From NCBI GenBank assembly GCA_051362555.1, contig CM120648.1, positions 18,472,587-18,536,586 of the forward strand: a stretch of 64,000 bases of DNA. The letters are read 5' to 3'. The position numbers were made by a program, and so were the translations under genes. Source of the DNA: Lingula anatina (lineage: Eukaryota; Animalia; Brachiopoda). Every line of letters begins with the position of its first letter. Position 1 is the first letter of the stretch. The notes beneath the pieces were generated by a model, which saw nothing but the letters and a program-made list of their open reading frames with translations, made no database searches and was not told the origin of the DNA. Below, piece by piece: positions 22,220-35,800 of this stretch.

Positions 22220-22789
22220 CCGGCATGGTGGCATGCATGTCATACTTCTCAGCAAGTTTTTTTTTTTCAAAAGTCACGTCGCCCTTATTGCTTTACCCAA
22301 TCATTTTGTTTTTTCATGCCCCCCCCCCTTGGGCCCCTGCTTATCAAGACTGTTCATACAGTGCCTGGGCCACTCCACAGTCGATATTTCAAATGGCTAA
22401 ACTATACAAAACTTAAACCGCTTTCACAGGTGTGAACCGCTTTGTCTCTCATCATGCTCTATAATATAATGTCCCAGGTGAAGTCAAAATCAGTGTAATA
22501 TCAGTGATCTCTCTTGAAATTAGAATTTTGATCATCTGATCCATAGTTCTCAACCGTACCAAACGGCACCGTTTGCCTCCCAAAACACTCCACGGGGGCC
22601 GAGATTCGGCTTCTTATCGGAGGCCTGTCATTCCTGTCATTCCTAAAAAAAACCCTAAAAAATCCTAAAAAAAACTCTTTCTTTCTTTCTTTCTTACACA
22701 CACACGCACACACATTGGAATGAAAAAACAAAAGGAATTATAGCACGACGTTTCTTATTATTTCTCTTTCTTTTTTTCTCCCTTTCTCT

Positions 22790-22836
<47 letters not shown>

Positions 22837-22888
22837 GCACACATGTAAAAACGATGACTTAACTAAGGCAGAAGAATTTGTTTTGCAG

Positions 22889-23153
22889 CCACCCCACTGT
22901 CTAAAGAAACCCAGCGGGAACTTTGAAGAGCCAGCAGAGTGCCACAATTCCCTCTTCTGCTATTTATACCGCGTTGTCCGCCACAGACCGTGTCCCGCTG
23001 GTCTCTACTACGACCAGGCAACAGAAAGATGTGATTATCATTTTACGTCAATTGTCATAATCGGCCCGTGATCGATGTCGTCTTGATGCCTAGGAACCAC
23101 CACGGAAGCAGCGCCATCTATGGTCATAACAACCATATCAGCTGCTGCAGCAG
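22889..23153 (+). pseudogene. Orphan duplicated CBM14 (peritrophin-A) exon with frameshift
   Basis: Highly similar to exon 62396-62662, including the upstream intron ((CT)n, AAAAACGATGACTTAACTAAGGCAGAAG). A 1-bp deletion (TTTAAC>TTTAC) removes the 6th Cys and gives TGA at 23069-23071. No neighbouring exons. Confidence 0.85.
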
Positions 23154-23284
23154 GTATTTATGATCATTGTGCAATTACTTCATACTTCATTTATTAACTT
23201 ATAAAATCATTACTCACAGACATTGATCTTAAAGGTATATGGACGAAACAATGGGGAAGAAAACACCAAAACAAAACGTCATCT

Positions 23285-23870
23285 TTCTGTCTGAAGTGGG
23301 GATTTGTTGACAGGTGAATTGATTCCTTTGAAAAAGCATTTCCCTCGCAGACAAACCTCCTCGGCGCATTCTAGAATTGTGCTGAGCAACGCATAGGCTG
23401 AGAGTAGTTTGAGAAATAGAATCATATGATGAATCTTTACGTAGAATCATGAACTGACTTTTCGGCAACTGGATTTTTATTGAAAATTTTGGGACGTCCT
23501 GTCTCTATCACTAATCTAGACGATCGAAGCGACTCATCCGACACTAATGATTTAATTGAATCCAGGAGCAGGATCAGTACGAATGACAGCAAAGGGATCG
23601 TCAAGTGGTCGGTTGAACAAGGCCTTCTCGTGAACTGTCCTTAGTTTCGTCCTTCACAAAATAGATCTACGCAGTTTTGAAACATGCTGTTACAATATTT
23701 CTAATGGTCTTAGGCTGCTGCTGCACTGTGCTAAGTAGAACTTGAAAGCGGCTGCCAGAATGCTTCTGATGGAACAAACTAGTTGGAGTGCAAGTCCCAT
23801 GACGTTATGACCATGTTGGAGAACTGCAATTTCGTATTCTAGTCGAAGCCTGTCAAAATCTTCCATATTA
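23285..23870 (-). mobile_element. Degraded Gypsy-like LTR retrotransposon integrase fragment
   Basis: Minus-strand peptide TTLSLCVAQHNSRMRRGGLSAREMLFQRNQFTCQQIP resembles the C-terminal part of an integrase core; multiple frameshifts. Confidence 0.5.
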
Positions 23871-25580
23871 TGCAGCTGATATTAGGCAAAAGCGAAGAAG
23901 CGATGAGCATACAGAGAACCCATTTATATATACACAATAGGCACGCGCTATAGGCTCGGGTCACGCCAGGAACACGGCAGAGGCGCGCTACAATAACGCT
24001 GGGTGCGCTTTAGAGTCGTTCAACATTCGTTCAGATTCGTTAGAGATTCGTTTAGCATCCGTTAATAGTCGCTGCATGCTCGCTACACTGGCGTTGGAAG
24101 CATGCTGTGTGCTCGCTACGCCGAAGCCAATTGTTAGGCCTTTAAGTTAGGATTTCCAAGGTTTATATATATATAACAAAGTCACAGTCCCCTCTCCTGG
24201 TTATCTATAACAGGGTACCGAGAACTGTCAAATTTGTTAACTTCACTCCATCACATTTACAGCGACTTATTCATCCTAGTTTTAGCTTACCTTGCAATGA
24301 AGTTTATTGGAATGTATTTCTGAATAACAAGTTAAGAAAATTAACTAGTTCACTAATAACACAAAGTACTGTCACTTTTACTTTAAAACACTTTTCTATT
24401 ATTTTGATAAAGTTAGTTACAACATTGATAAACAAAGTATCACGTTTTCAATAGTTAATATTTTAAATTACAATCCATGTCCTGCATCACGACGACCAAA
24501 CAACAACGTTGAGTCAACGTCACATTATGACGGTGTTTTGGCGTGGCTGGATCAACGTTGATTTTACGTTGAATTTAGCTAGATCAACGGCAGTTCAACG
24601 TATCAACCTGTTTTCAACGTTGATCCAACGTCACTCGAGCTTCAAACTTCTCAGGGCCCCACATAGGAGACACAAATGTAAAATTTATCAACAAAGAACA
24701 TACATGTCTTTATTCATCTATTTTGTTTATCATTTTAAAACATTTGACAACGTTGAAGGGTTCAATAATTCACGTCGGCGTAATAAAACCTTAAAACGAA
24801 CTGAAAACAAACGTTTCTGGCAATTTAGCTATATTTTAAATATCTTCAAGTGTTAGTCTAAGCGACATTGTATTAAATAAAGCTTTAAACACATAAATCC
24901 TAATTGCGTATTTAATGAAAAGCCAAAATATGTTTTCTGCTTTCGCTTCATATTGCGTTTAAATGAGTCAGCATGCTGAAATGAGATCCTGGTTTGTCAT
25001 TAACCGCAAAATCCGGGTTTACAGTAAGTGGCACGTGTTGGGAGGGGTTTTACTTTCTGTTTTCTAGTCCTTATTTGAAGCCGGGTCTTGTTATCAGATT
25101 TACGCAGCTTTTAGCAGAAAGTAATACGGTAATTAATTAAAACTTTCAAATGCCTTACACTGTAATCACAGACACAAAGTCATCTGATTTGGTAAACTTT
25201 TTATCGTTTTACGTGCTTAAAACAAAATAGGATTTTTGGGGGAATAAAAACATTCGTGTTGTGGAAATGTATTTGTTGTAAATATCGCCATACATCCGGT
25301 ACTCATTCACGCGGTTTTCCAAAGAAATCAGATGCCCTGGAGAGGAAAGAACAGGATTATAGTGGCTTGGGAACTTGATTCTGTAATTATAACGAAGTAA
25401 GACAAATAAAAACAAAAGATATACAGCAGAAACTTGACATGTAATAGTGTTTATCGTACTCCTGTTTCCTGCAGACTTTCGGAGAAACGTGTTTTACTGG
25501 CAGTGAACAGGATGTGATCCCTTTGACTCAGCTGCACATTCACAGAGATACATGAATAACATGCATAGAAACAAGCAATT

Positions 25581-25613
<33 letters not shown>

Positions 25614-26291
25614 TTGAGTGTGTGTTTAAGTATGAGGGCTGAAAAGGCGAAATAAAAGAACAGAGAACATATCCCAGCGCAGACACAATATTTGTTATTA
25701 AAGTTAAAAGGGTAATAAGTTAACATGTCTGGTGAAAGAGTTGTCGTGGATGAAATGAAGCGTACCCTAAATTTTAGGGCTCAGTATGTTTTGCTGTTTT
25801 AATAATAGATATCAAAGGTGAGATTACACTTACCTCTGAAACTGGGGGTGGATGGGTGGGCGCACAGAGTCCAGACGCACGTCCAACAACATTATATTCA
25901 AAAACTCACGAAATAGAAAACAGTAAGTTTTGTGAAAGAGTTCCCAAAATGCACTTTTAATATCTAACAGAAAAGATAAATAGGTAACCTAGATTTGAGG
26001 CCACAAATAGGCAATAATTTAAGGCGGATATTGCATAGTTGCCTTAAATCCATTGCCATTTACTGATATTTTTTATCTAAAAGCAATAATATCTAGGTAA
26101 CGGAGAAATATTATCATACGTACACTGCCGAGCTGTGTATGCAATGTTGTGCAGCACGCGTCCTAGGTCTAGAGTTTGGAACTAATTATTTGCTCGCGTA
26201 TGATCGGACACTCAATTACAAATGCACAAATCGGGTAATGCAAACGGCGTACATGATTCACTACCGAGAAAAACAAACTGTGCTGTGAACT

Positions 26292-26878
26292 TTAAACAAG
26301 CAGTGTCTTAATCTGAACGCTGCCAATGTATAGTGTGTTCGAGTTATATAACATTCAATATTCTCATGTCAACACAAATAGATATACGTTTTATCTTATC
26401 TGTGTCTTGTCTGTGTTCAAGTAAGTACATTGTATATGCTGAAAAAAAAATGCAAAAACAGCATAACTTTCATAAAAATGGCCCGAACATGCTGATTTTC
26501 GAACTTGACCCGCGTATTATGAATATTCATCAGTTCTGTAACTTTCAAGCCAAAAAGTGAAACGGTTTTCCACTTATCGTGTTATCGGGGTTGCATATTT
26601 GCTGAAATAAAAAAGTAAAAAACTGCACAGTCTAACTTCTATAAAAATGACCCAAACATGCTGATTTTCGAACCTGACCTGCGTATTATGAATATTAATC
26701 AGTTTTGTAAGTTTCAAGACAAAATGTTAAAAGTTTTTCCACTTATTGTGTTATCGGTGAAAGTGCACGATGACGACGGCACTGACGATTAAGCAGACCA
26801 AAAACCCCGCACGAAGGGTGCTACGGTGGGCCTTGCCTGCTTTGCAACACAAGCCTGTAAGGCAGTTTTTTTAATAAC
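26292..26878 (+). mobile_element. Helentron-associated non-autonomous element (HINE-like) with two ~170-bp central repeats
   Basis: Starts TAAACAAG. Two units (AACTT..ATAAAAATG.CC..AACATGCTGATTTTCGAAC.TGACC) at ~26462 and ~26632, a GAC microsatellite, and a 3' GCCTT...AAGGC stem before a T/A run. Confidence 0.5.
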
Positions 26879-27376
26879 ATGTTTCTTGAGCGCCTCCGAC
26901 CTTTGAATGGCCTAAATAGAAAAAATAATAAAATTGAAACCAAAAATATTTTGTACTGTTCGATCGGAAACACGAAACCTCACAAGTTTCACGGGACTCC
27001 CGCGTCACATGACTGCCTACAAGTTCAAAACGAAGGGTATTTAAGACAAAGTAAACGATTAGTTAATTTCCCCCAGCTTCCGGTTTTTGAGCCAATCAGT
27101 GCTTCTCTGATATTTTAAACTGCATGTGTCAAATTAATGCAATATGGCGGGAAAAGTGCAGGAATTAGACCATTGTCATGTGGCTCAGTGTTATAGTGAA
27201 GGAAGAACCAAAGATTATGCAAAAAGGTCTTTCCGGCCAGGGTTAGAGACGTTTTAGGCAATTTTATTCGCTGCTTAGTGTTATAAATGAAAATATCTAC
27301 TGCAACACTTGTCACGTGTGGAAGGTTTCAACAGGGAGAAAAAAATCCCAACTGATATAAGAATGCCTACGGTGGT

Positions 27377-27543
27377 CAGGCCCGTAGACAGCAGATTCAA
27401 AAGGGGGAGGGGGCGTTCTTTTTGTTTAAAAAGTGGACATTTTACAATGAAACGTATGTATACCTAGATCAAATTTTACCCAAAGTGACAAAAGGAGCGG
27501 TTTTTTCGAACCCCGTGAACCCCCTCCCCTGGCTACGAGCCTG
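27377..27543. mobile_element. MITE CAGGCCCGTAG...CTACGAGCCTG (hAT5-like); related copy at 27974-28138
   Basis: Short TIRs; flanks GTGGT/GTGAT; the internal ACCTAGATCAA.TTT.ACCCA is shared with the second copy. Confidence 0.6.
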
Positions 27544-29799
27544 GTGATAGATATTGACATTAAGTACATTTAGATAACATTTGGCAGGGAACACCAAAAG
27601 AGCATCCAAAAACAGAGCAAATTGGATGTTTTAATGCAGCACTCGCGTATTTCTAAAAGTCTCCAAAAGTGATGTCTTTATCAGTCTAGAGTGTCATAGT
27701 ATTTTAATATAAATATATTTTAGGCATTGACATGTTTATAAATAAATTTCCTTTTTTTTTGCACTTTCACAAAAACATATGTTAAATGCTAATTGCTCGC
27801 TCACAACAGCAGATGTTTCTATACTGAAGCAATGTGTCTTTGACATTTTTTATTAATTTAAGCCAGGTAATATCTGTTAATTATCATTTGCTTTGGATAA
27901 TGAGCCTGTCAACATGAATTCATGGTTCAGTTTTCCACCTAGTTTTAATGCGTATATAGAAAATAAGGTTAACCAGGCCCGTAGCCAGCAATTTCAAAAG
28001 AGGGTTCTTTTTCTGAAAAAGTGTACCATTTACCAAAAAACCTTCATGCACCTAGATCAATTTTGACCCAGAGCAGACCTTTCCTGATAAAAAGGGCGGT
28101 TCGTTCAAATCATTCAAAACTCCTTGGCTATGGACCTGTGACCTGGCAGTTCATTTTTATCATTATTTACTTTGTCAATGAACCCTTTTTTTATTAAATA
28201 AGTTGCCATTTAGATTTAATAAAAATTAAGACCACGGTTCCATAACAGGCCTGGGAATGGTCTCTTATACTAGTGCACAAGCTCGATGGTTGTGTTGCAG
28301 CGATTGTATTTTGCTTGTATTGTTCATAACCATGTTATCATTACTGTCGAGTAAAATAGAGTAAAGATGTTTTGGGTGATCAAAAACGTAAGGGAAAACA
28401 TGAGCTTTATTTGTTTTTCAACATTATTCAAGGTTGCCTACCAAATGTGACGATGGTATTGACTTATATCTTTTGCTGACATGCGAGGTAGCAAATACGA
28501 CTCAGTTATATAGTCTTTCTTACTATTTATTAACTACTTCCCTGTTGTTACTCGCGCCGCTTCCAAGATTTCTATTTCTACCTCTTACAATCTTTAGCGG
28601 CCTTCTCTACGTTTACTTTACATTATAAATACCATAAGATCATGTCATTCAACTCGAGTTACTCTACAAAACACTTCCCGCTCCTGTCAATTAATAACAT
28701 TACATAAATTCATCAGTTATTCTAATAGATCGAGGGACTTGTAAATAAAAGCGGCTATCAACGGCTGAGTTTTGATGATCAAATTTGTGTTTGTCTTTAA
28801 TTTTTGCTTTTTGTGTGCATTAGGAAACATAAAGCCTTTAAAGGACACACACGACATCAAAGGGATTTAATCTCGGCTCCGATGTTTTAATTGCTAGGCC
28901 CCCGCAGCGACGGCGCGTGTAGAAGCGGGGAGACCATCGATAATCTGCGGCATATCTTTTGAAGTGTGGTCGGCCATATTTAGTCGGCGGATCAGTTAGT
29001 ACTCGGATCATCTATTCTGAATGAAGCCTTAATCTGTGTTTGTTATTCAACTTCTGTTGAAGTGTCTACACTCATATTTTGTTACTTACATCATAAGATA
29101 CAGTGGCGGATTTAGAGGGGAGGGTTAGGGGGACCTAACACCCCCTTCCGTTTCTCAAAAAATAACACTATTAATCCAAATTAGAGTTTTAACTTGCTGA
29201 TTTATAGTTCTTATCCCTTTCAAATGGAACAGTTTGACCTTCAAAACACCAAAATACTTTGAGGCACTTTAGCGGACCCAAACTAAATCCGAGCACAAAA
29301 CGAAGTCACGGAACATTCTGTGTCTTCTTCTAAAACAAGGCCTCGTGTACGTCGTGAACTTCAACGCTGAGCGTAAGACCATGTTCGGGGACTGGCGATG
29401 CGCGAGGTGAAATAATACGGTACCCGGGCTAACGATTGTAATTACAGATGTAAACATGTACAACCAAGCTGGCCCTCTGTGTGATAAGGTAGAAGGTTTC
29501 CATTTTATTTCAAATCTACCAATGAAGCTTCTGCGGCTCCGTGTAATTCCGCTGTCTTAACACAGCTAGCTTACCGCGGTACATGTATAGCCTTGTACGA
29601 AGGTTCCTATGCAGTATTTTTTCTAGATTTGTTTTCTGGAAATTGCATTTTATTACTATAAGACGTATATTAGGTGGGCGGGTGGGTCAGGCACAGTGCT
29701 GTCGTTGGCGTGCACGGGTGCAGGAAAAAACAGTCCGTTACAACAACGACCTGGCCCTGCAATCGAGAAGGCACGGAAAAAAGTCGATGGTTTAGAATA

Positions 29800-30341
29800 C
29801 GAGGGTTGATTGATAAGTAGTGAGCCTCGTGTGGAAGGGCCGGGGTTAAGCAGGGATATCCCTTTTTAGCCCTTCTATTCCCTGACTATTTAAAGGTGTG
29901 TAGCCGAAGTTTGGTGTCATTTGGTTAGTTGATGTCGACGAGGTAGCACTCTCAAATAAGCAAGGCAAGTGACATTTGCAAAATGCCCCTGCTCACAAGC
30001 CTGTCATCGCCATGGCTGCAATCAACGAGTGTGGCTTTGAACTGATAGAACATCCACCTTATTCGCCTGATCTTGCTCCCTCTGACTATTATCTATTTCC
30101 CAAATTGAAAAAGGCCATTTCAGGTACTCACTCTGTGTCAGATGATGACGTCATACGTGAATTGGAGGGGTTTCTGAACAGCCAAGAGAAGGGCTTCTAT
30201 AAAAGTTGCAAAGAGGCTCTCAAAACTCGCTGGAAAAATTGTATAGATACTCAAGGAGACTATGTTGAAAAATAAATGAAAAATATTTGTAAAATGTGTA
30301 CCCCTTCTATATGAGGCTCACTACTTATCAATCAACCCTCG
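29800..30341 (+). mobile_element. Internally deleted mariner (Tc1/mariner) element, 542 bp
   Basis: 29-bp TIR CGAGGGTTGATTGATAAGTAGTGAGCCTC and its reverse complement; TA TSD. Retains the transposase C-terminus (29976-30275: HPPYSPDLAPSDYYLFPKLK...GDYVEK). Confidence 0.92.
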
Positions 30342-31570
30342 TAAGTGATCGATTTGACAACAAAATTTTTACTGGTCATTATCTTAAAGTATTCCTTTCT
30401 CTTCAAATTTTGCTTTAGAATATTAAAGTTTACTATTTAGATTGATTTAGATTCTTTGGAATGGTGCCTGATGACATCGGTATTATAGTTTCACAAGATT
30501 ATTCCTTTCTCTTCACTTTTTTCACTTAAAAATGATGTTCAGGCGGGGATGGTGATAAGCCCCCGAGTGTCCAGACCCCGAGTCCCACGTCAAGGAGGCA
30601 AGGGCCATTCCCTAAAAACGCCCCCCTCTCCTGCAAATAACCTGTATCCGTCCCTGAGCTCCCCCCCCCCCCCTTTCAATGAATCCTGGATCCGCGGGGA
30701 AGGGGGGCATGAATGCCTGTCAACTCCTGCCTTCGCTTTCTATAATGATCTCTTCACCCATCTGGAATCAGCTACATTTAGGAGAAAACGGCACAGCAGG
30801 CCAAGAAATCTTTTACGTTTATAATTTTGATACTGTCTTTTTTCATTCTTACAAAGATTTTAAAAAAATACTGTCTCCTAGACATTTCTGTTAAATATAT
30901 CCCGACTTTTCTTTTATTTTATTAAATTATATAATCTTATATAGAAATGAAAAAATGAGTTAAGGAATTAAAGCCGAAAACCTATTGAATGATCAGAGAG
31001 AGAGAGAGAAAGAGAGAGAAAGAGAGAGAGTGTGTGTGTTTTGCCTTACAACTCCTACCTCCGCTTTCAAAAATAAACTCTCTACTAGCCGTGTGGTATA
31101 CATTTGGGAGAAAAGGACACTACAGGTCAGGACATCTGTCACATTAATATTTTCGATACTGTTCTTTTTTCGATTTTACAAAAATTTGTAAAAAATGTGT
31201 GTCCTCGACATACATGTATCTGTTAAATATCCCACTACAATATCCCCAACTAATATAATCTTATAGGCCTATAGAAATGAATTAAATGATAACCCATGAT
31301 ATGATAGCTTTTTGTAAGATAAGAGAGAGAAAGAGAGAAGCGGGGCAAAATTTTGCTGGAATTTTTGGTGAACTTGGCCTGGATGTGGTGTGAAACAATG
31401 GACATCGGACACATTTCATCGGACTTGAAGAACAAAACTAACAATCACAAAACAAGCACGAACGTAATCTCCTCTCAATTCATCTAACACACTCACGTGG
31501 TCACATGCACCCCAGGTCAGCCTCCCGGTTTATAGCCGCCGGTGGACCACTGGTGTAGGGCCTACTGCTG

Positions 31571-32530
31571 GGCCCGGTTTCATCAAGGCTGGATAGGTTA
31601 TCCTGTGGATAACACTATCCATGGTATAAATCTCTTATTCTCTGGATAGTTATCCTCTGTATAAATTTGTGTTTCATAAAGGCTGGATAAAGAGCATGAT
31701 AGTAATCCAGTAGTTAAAAATTTATCCAATACCATATTTGGAAAAAGACATTCCCATAATGCAGTTGGTTGCTATAAACATTATAAAAGCCATGATAGTT
31801 GCTAACAAAAAGTGATCTATACCATATTTGGAAAATAAATAACCCATAATAAACAATATTCTAAGTATATTTCAAGATGGTACATTCATTAAAATAATGG
31901 GGAAAACATCTACAGGATATTTTAGTGTCAGTGTCAAAAACACATCACATTGCATTAGTTGTGCCTCATGCAATGTTTACACAGATTTGCAGTTGAAGGG
32001 CAAGGTCGTGACATACTTTCTAACAAAATGGCTGACTTAGAACATTTGGCAGATTCAATTTCTGTCAATAGCAGTGTAGACATTTTTCGTCGATTTTAAA
32101 GGTATGTTTTAGTAAAATAAAGATAATTGGTCTTGCATAGGTTTTGTTCGTAGCAGGCGCGATGTCAACTTTGATAAATTAAGTCTGTTATGTAATCTAT
32201 TGATTCAGCATCACTTAAATCATCAAAAGCAAACATACATCTTCTAAAATTCTCTTTCTAATCTAATTCTAATTCTACGCCTGTGTATTCTCATAGGATT
32301 TACTCCTAAAGCAAGCAAGTTCGCCATTTTTGATGATTTAACAGCATGATAGCAGATTTATCCCACCTATTTCGAACGGACAACTTTATCCTCTGGATAA
32401 GCTGATTTATTCCCTGGATAACGCTATCCACTGTTGATGAAACGCACTATCCTCTGGACAGCTCTATCCAGAGGATAGCGGCTATTTTTATCCATAGGAT
32501 AGCGCTATCCAGCCTTGATGAAACCGGGCC
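31571..32530. mobile_element. Non-autonomous deletion derivative of the adjacent Harbinger family (960 bp)
   Basis: TIRs GGCCCGGTTTCATCAAGGCTGGATAG / CTATCCAGCCTTGATGAAACCGGGCC. Retains both ends plus pieces of transposase intron 1 and exon 1 (31930-32340 matches 45220-45405 and 45780-45990). Flanks CTG/CAG. Confidence 0.88.
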
Positions 32531-32851
32531 CAGGGTCCGGTTTCATCAAGGCTGGATAGGCTATCCTATGGTTAACACTATCCAAGGTATAAATTTCTTA
32601 TCCTCTGTATAGTTATCCTCTGTATAAATTTGTGTTTCATAAAGGCTGGATAAACAGCATGATAGTTATCCAGTGGATAAGAATTTTATCCAATACCATA
32701 TTTGGAAAAAGACATTCCCATAATGCAATTAGTTGCTATAAACATTGTAAAAGCCATGACAGTTGCTAACAACAGAAGTGATCTATACCATATTTGGGAA
32801 ATATATTACCCACAATACCCTTTTCTGTCGTCTGCTTCTCTGTCTTGCAAG

Positions 32852-35800
32852 ATGGAGTCTGCTTTGTCAAGCAAAAGACAAAGAAAAGCTAATTGGAGCC
32901 ATGCAGAGACATCTCTGTTGATTGAGCTGTGTGAAAAAAACCACACAGTTATAAGAAACAAACACACTTCCACCTTGGACAACAAGGCCAAGGTGGAAGT
33001 GTGGAAAAGCATTGCAAAAGAGGTGTCTTCAGTTGCTGTGTCAGTTAGGAGTGCAACAGCAGACATGCTGAAAATTGCCGGCCGCCGGCCCTTGACCCAC
33101 CAATCAGGCAGTCGGGCCGACAATATTCTTGAAATTTTAGTGTATGTCGGCCCTATTGGGCCGGCAATAATTTCTGACTCACCTAGTACGGTTATTAATT
33201 TTTCAAAAATCTTCCACCCATTATGTTTATTAACTACCTGTCGTACCGGTGGGAAATTATACAAGTACAAGACACGCTTTTTATTTTCTTAAATTGAAGT
33301 ATAATGAGAAGAAAATCGAGATCTCAACTCATTACCTACTGTTCGACAAACAGCACTGGAAAGTAGGTCAAGCGGAAGTCGCTCTCTAAACACTATGATA
33401 CATGCGTTGTCTGATTTCAGTTTCTATAAATAGACGTGCTTTCCCTTCAACAGTGACAACTACTCATGTATATCGATTGAATGATGTCATGTTGCACGGT
33501 GATAGGATCATATTTATAGCCAAACGAGGTCATTTGAAGTGCAGCAAAGAAGTTTTGTCTGTTTTCAAACGTCAATTATTTCATGTGGATTTATGATTTA
33601 AACGATGTTAAATCACACTTCTATGTAGGAAAAACCCTTAGGAGTTTACAGGTACTCAGTATGCAAAACAAACCTTATATCTGAGAATAAATTTCCTTTG
33701 AATAATACGTCTCCTAACAGCGCATAGCTATCGGAGGCGGCTTTGGTGCGTCTTCGGACCCTGCAGCTGACGATTATGGCTCTGTTCTCACAACTTTTAG
33801 ATCGATCTATCACCGCGGGGAGTCTCACTAGATTACTGTCAGATAATCCCCCTTAAGTGTCCGTCCCCGCCTACTACAAGCTTTAAGGGGTAATTAACTT
33901 TCGTGTCCGCCCGGCTGACAGCTATTTAGCGTGAACCCCCAGGGAGTTAGGTCGATCCAATGTAGGTCGATCTAATCTATGAGAATGGGGTGTAAGAAAT
34001 TGAACTCGTATCCGTGGATGCTGTTCACACGAATGTATGATATATTTTCATCATGACATTAGGCGGTGACAAAAATGACATTTTGATACATTATTCAGAA
34101 CGTATGGCAATTTTTTTTTTTTTTTTTTTTTGAAAAAATGATGTCCTGTTTTCAATATAAATAAATTATAATACTGAGTGAATTCTACCTGCTGAAAGTT
34201 TTTTTTTACAATGATAAAGTTTTTTTCTTTCTCTTCCTCTTCTTTATTTTTATTTATATTTTTTATTCCATCCAGTACTTTTATTTTCTTTCTCTTCTTC
34301 TTCTTTATTTTATTTATTTATTTTATTCCATCCAGTACTTTTATTAAATTTCGAGATTTTTTTCCACCCAGTACTTTTATTCCATCAGTACTTTTATTCG
34401 ATACTTCAGAGTAATACAATTTACTGTTAAGCTCTATATAATGCAAGTTAAAGTCATGTGTAGGTTGGGATAATTTGACATTAAGTTTAAAACTGCTGTA
34501 AGAAACTCAAAACTTTGAGAAGTGCTCTTGGATAGTTTAGACGGATGATTTAGCTCAGGTTAGGCCTGGTTTAAGGTTAGTCTAGGAAAATTGCAGTTTA
34601 CCTATGGAAAATTTGTCTTCTGTGAGTTTTGATGCCTTTTTGGCCCTTAGTTTACCTTTAAGTCATATATTACCCAGATGTTATCTGAGCAGTAAAATGT
34701 CTCTTCAATAAAAGATCTATTCAAAGATGCAGTTATTTGATTTTTGATCACCTAATTGCTACTCAACTGTCCTTTTAAAGTGTATAAAGCAGAAGTTAAA
34801 AGTGCACGGTTTTTACGCGAAATAGGGTAAATATATATGCGAAAAACATTTGGGCCGGCAATATCTTGTCCGGGCCTGCAATATTCAGATCTAAGCAGGC
34901 CAATTGGCCTGCATTGCCCTCAGAGTTTTCAGCATGTCTGCAACAGAGTGCCGAGAGAAATGGAGACATCTCGTCTCTTCAGTTAAAAGGACTCACAGTG
35001 ACCTAAGAAAGACAAGACAACAGACTGGAGGGGGTCCACCCCCTCAGGAGCTCAGCCCATCTACATCAAAGATTGTAGATATTTATGCTGGCACTCCAGC
35101 GTTTGATGGTTTGCCAGGAGGCATAGAGACAAGTGGTAAGATTCATTTTCTTTTACTAACAAAAAATATTAACTAAATAACAGAAATATTGTGAAGTATA
35201 CTAAATAATATACATAAAATTTTTCATATTGTAAAATCTCTTGCTATTATGTGTTAAACTCCATAAAATAAAAGCTATAAATACATTGTCGGTATCGCTG
35301 ACAATTTTTTTTCACATGCCAGCTAATAGTTTTTGCAATTACTATCAAAATTCCCCTTTTTCCTACAGATAACTTAAAAAAAGATCATGCTATAATGTGT
35401 GCTGGATTAATTTTAGGAAAAATACATAGAAAAATGCATGTATATTAGCTTGATTTTTGATGGACAGTTTATAGTCGATAAACGACATATGTCGTCTGCT
35501 TACTAGTCTCGATAGTAACCTTGACCTTGTAGAGCGTGCAAAGAAGTCCACATTGTTTACGCACAGAAAGTAAATTACACATTGCATTCTACATACCTCG
35601 AGTACTAGAAGTAACAAGCAATCCAGTAAGAAGATTATTGCAGTTGAAGACGTCATCGTTTCCATTCATGAAAAACAATAATGAATTATCATATATTATA
35701 TCCGAAAACAACGCATCCTCGCAGAAATTAAAGATCCGTGGTCTAGTTTAAAATCCTTGTAATGAATCGTATCATGTACTTTCCACACCTCTCCGAATTG

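Noticed and set aside
24480-24660. Cluster of CAACGTTG palindromic motifs
   Set aside because: Probably a MITE subterminal array, but no termini or TSD could be defined.
31360-31567. Possible Penelope/hammerhead ribozyme or promoter-like segment
   Set aside because: No complete CTGATGA...GAAA core with paired stems was found.
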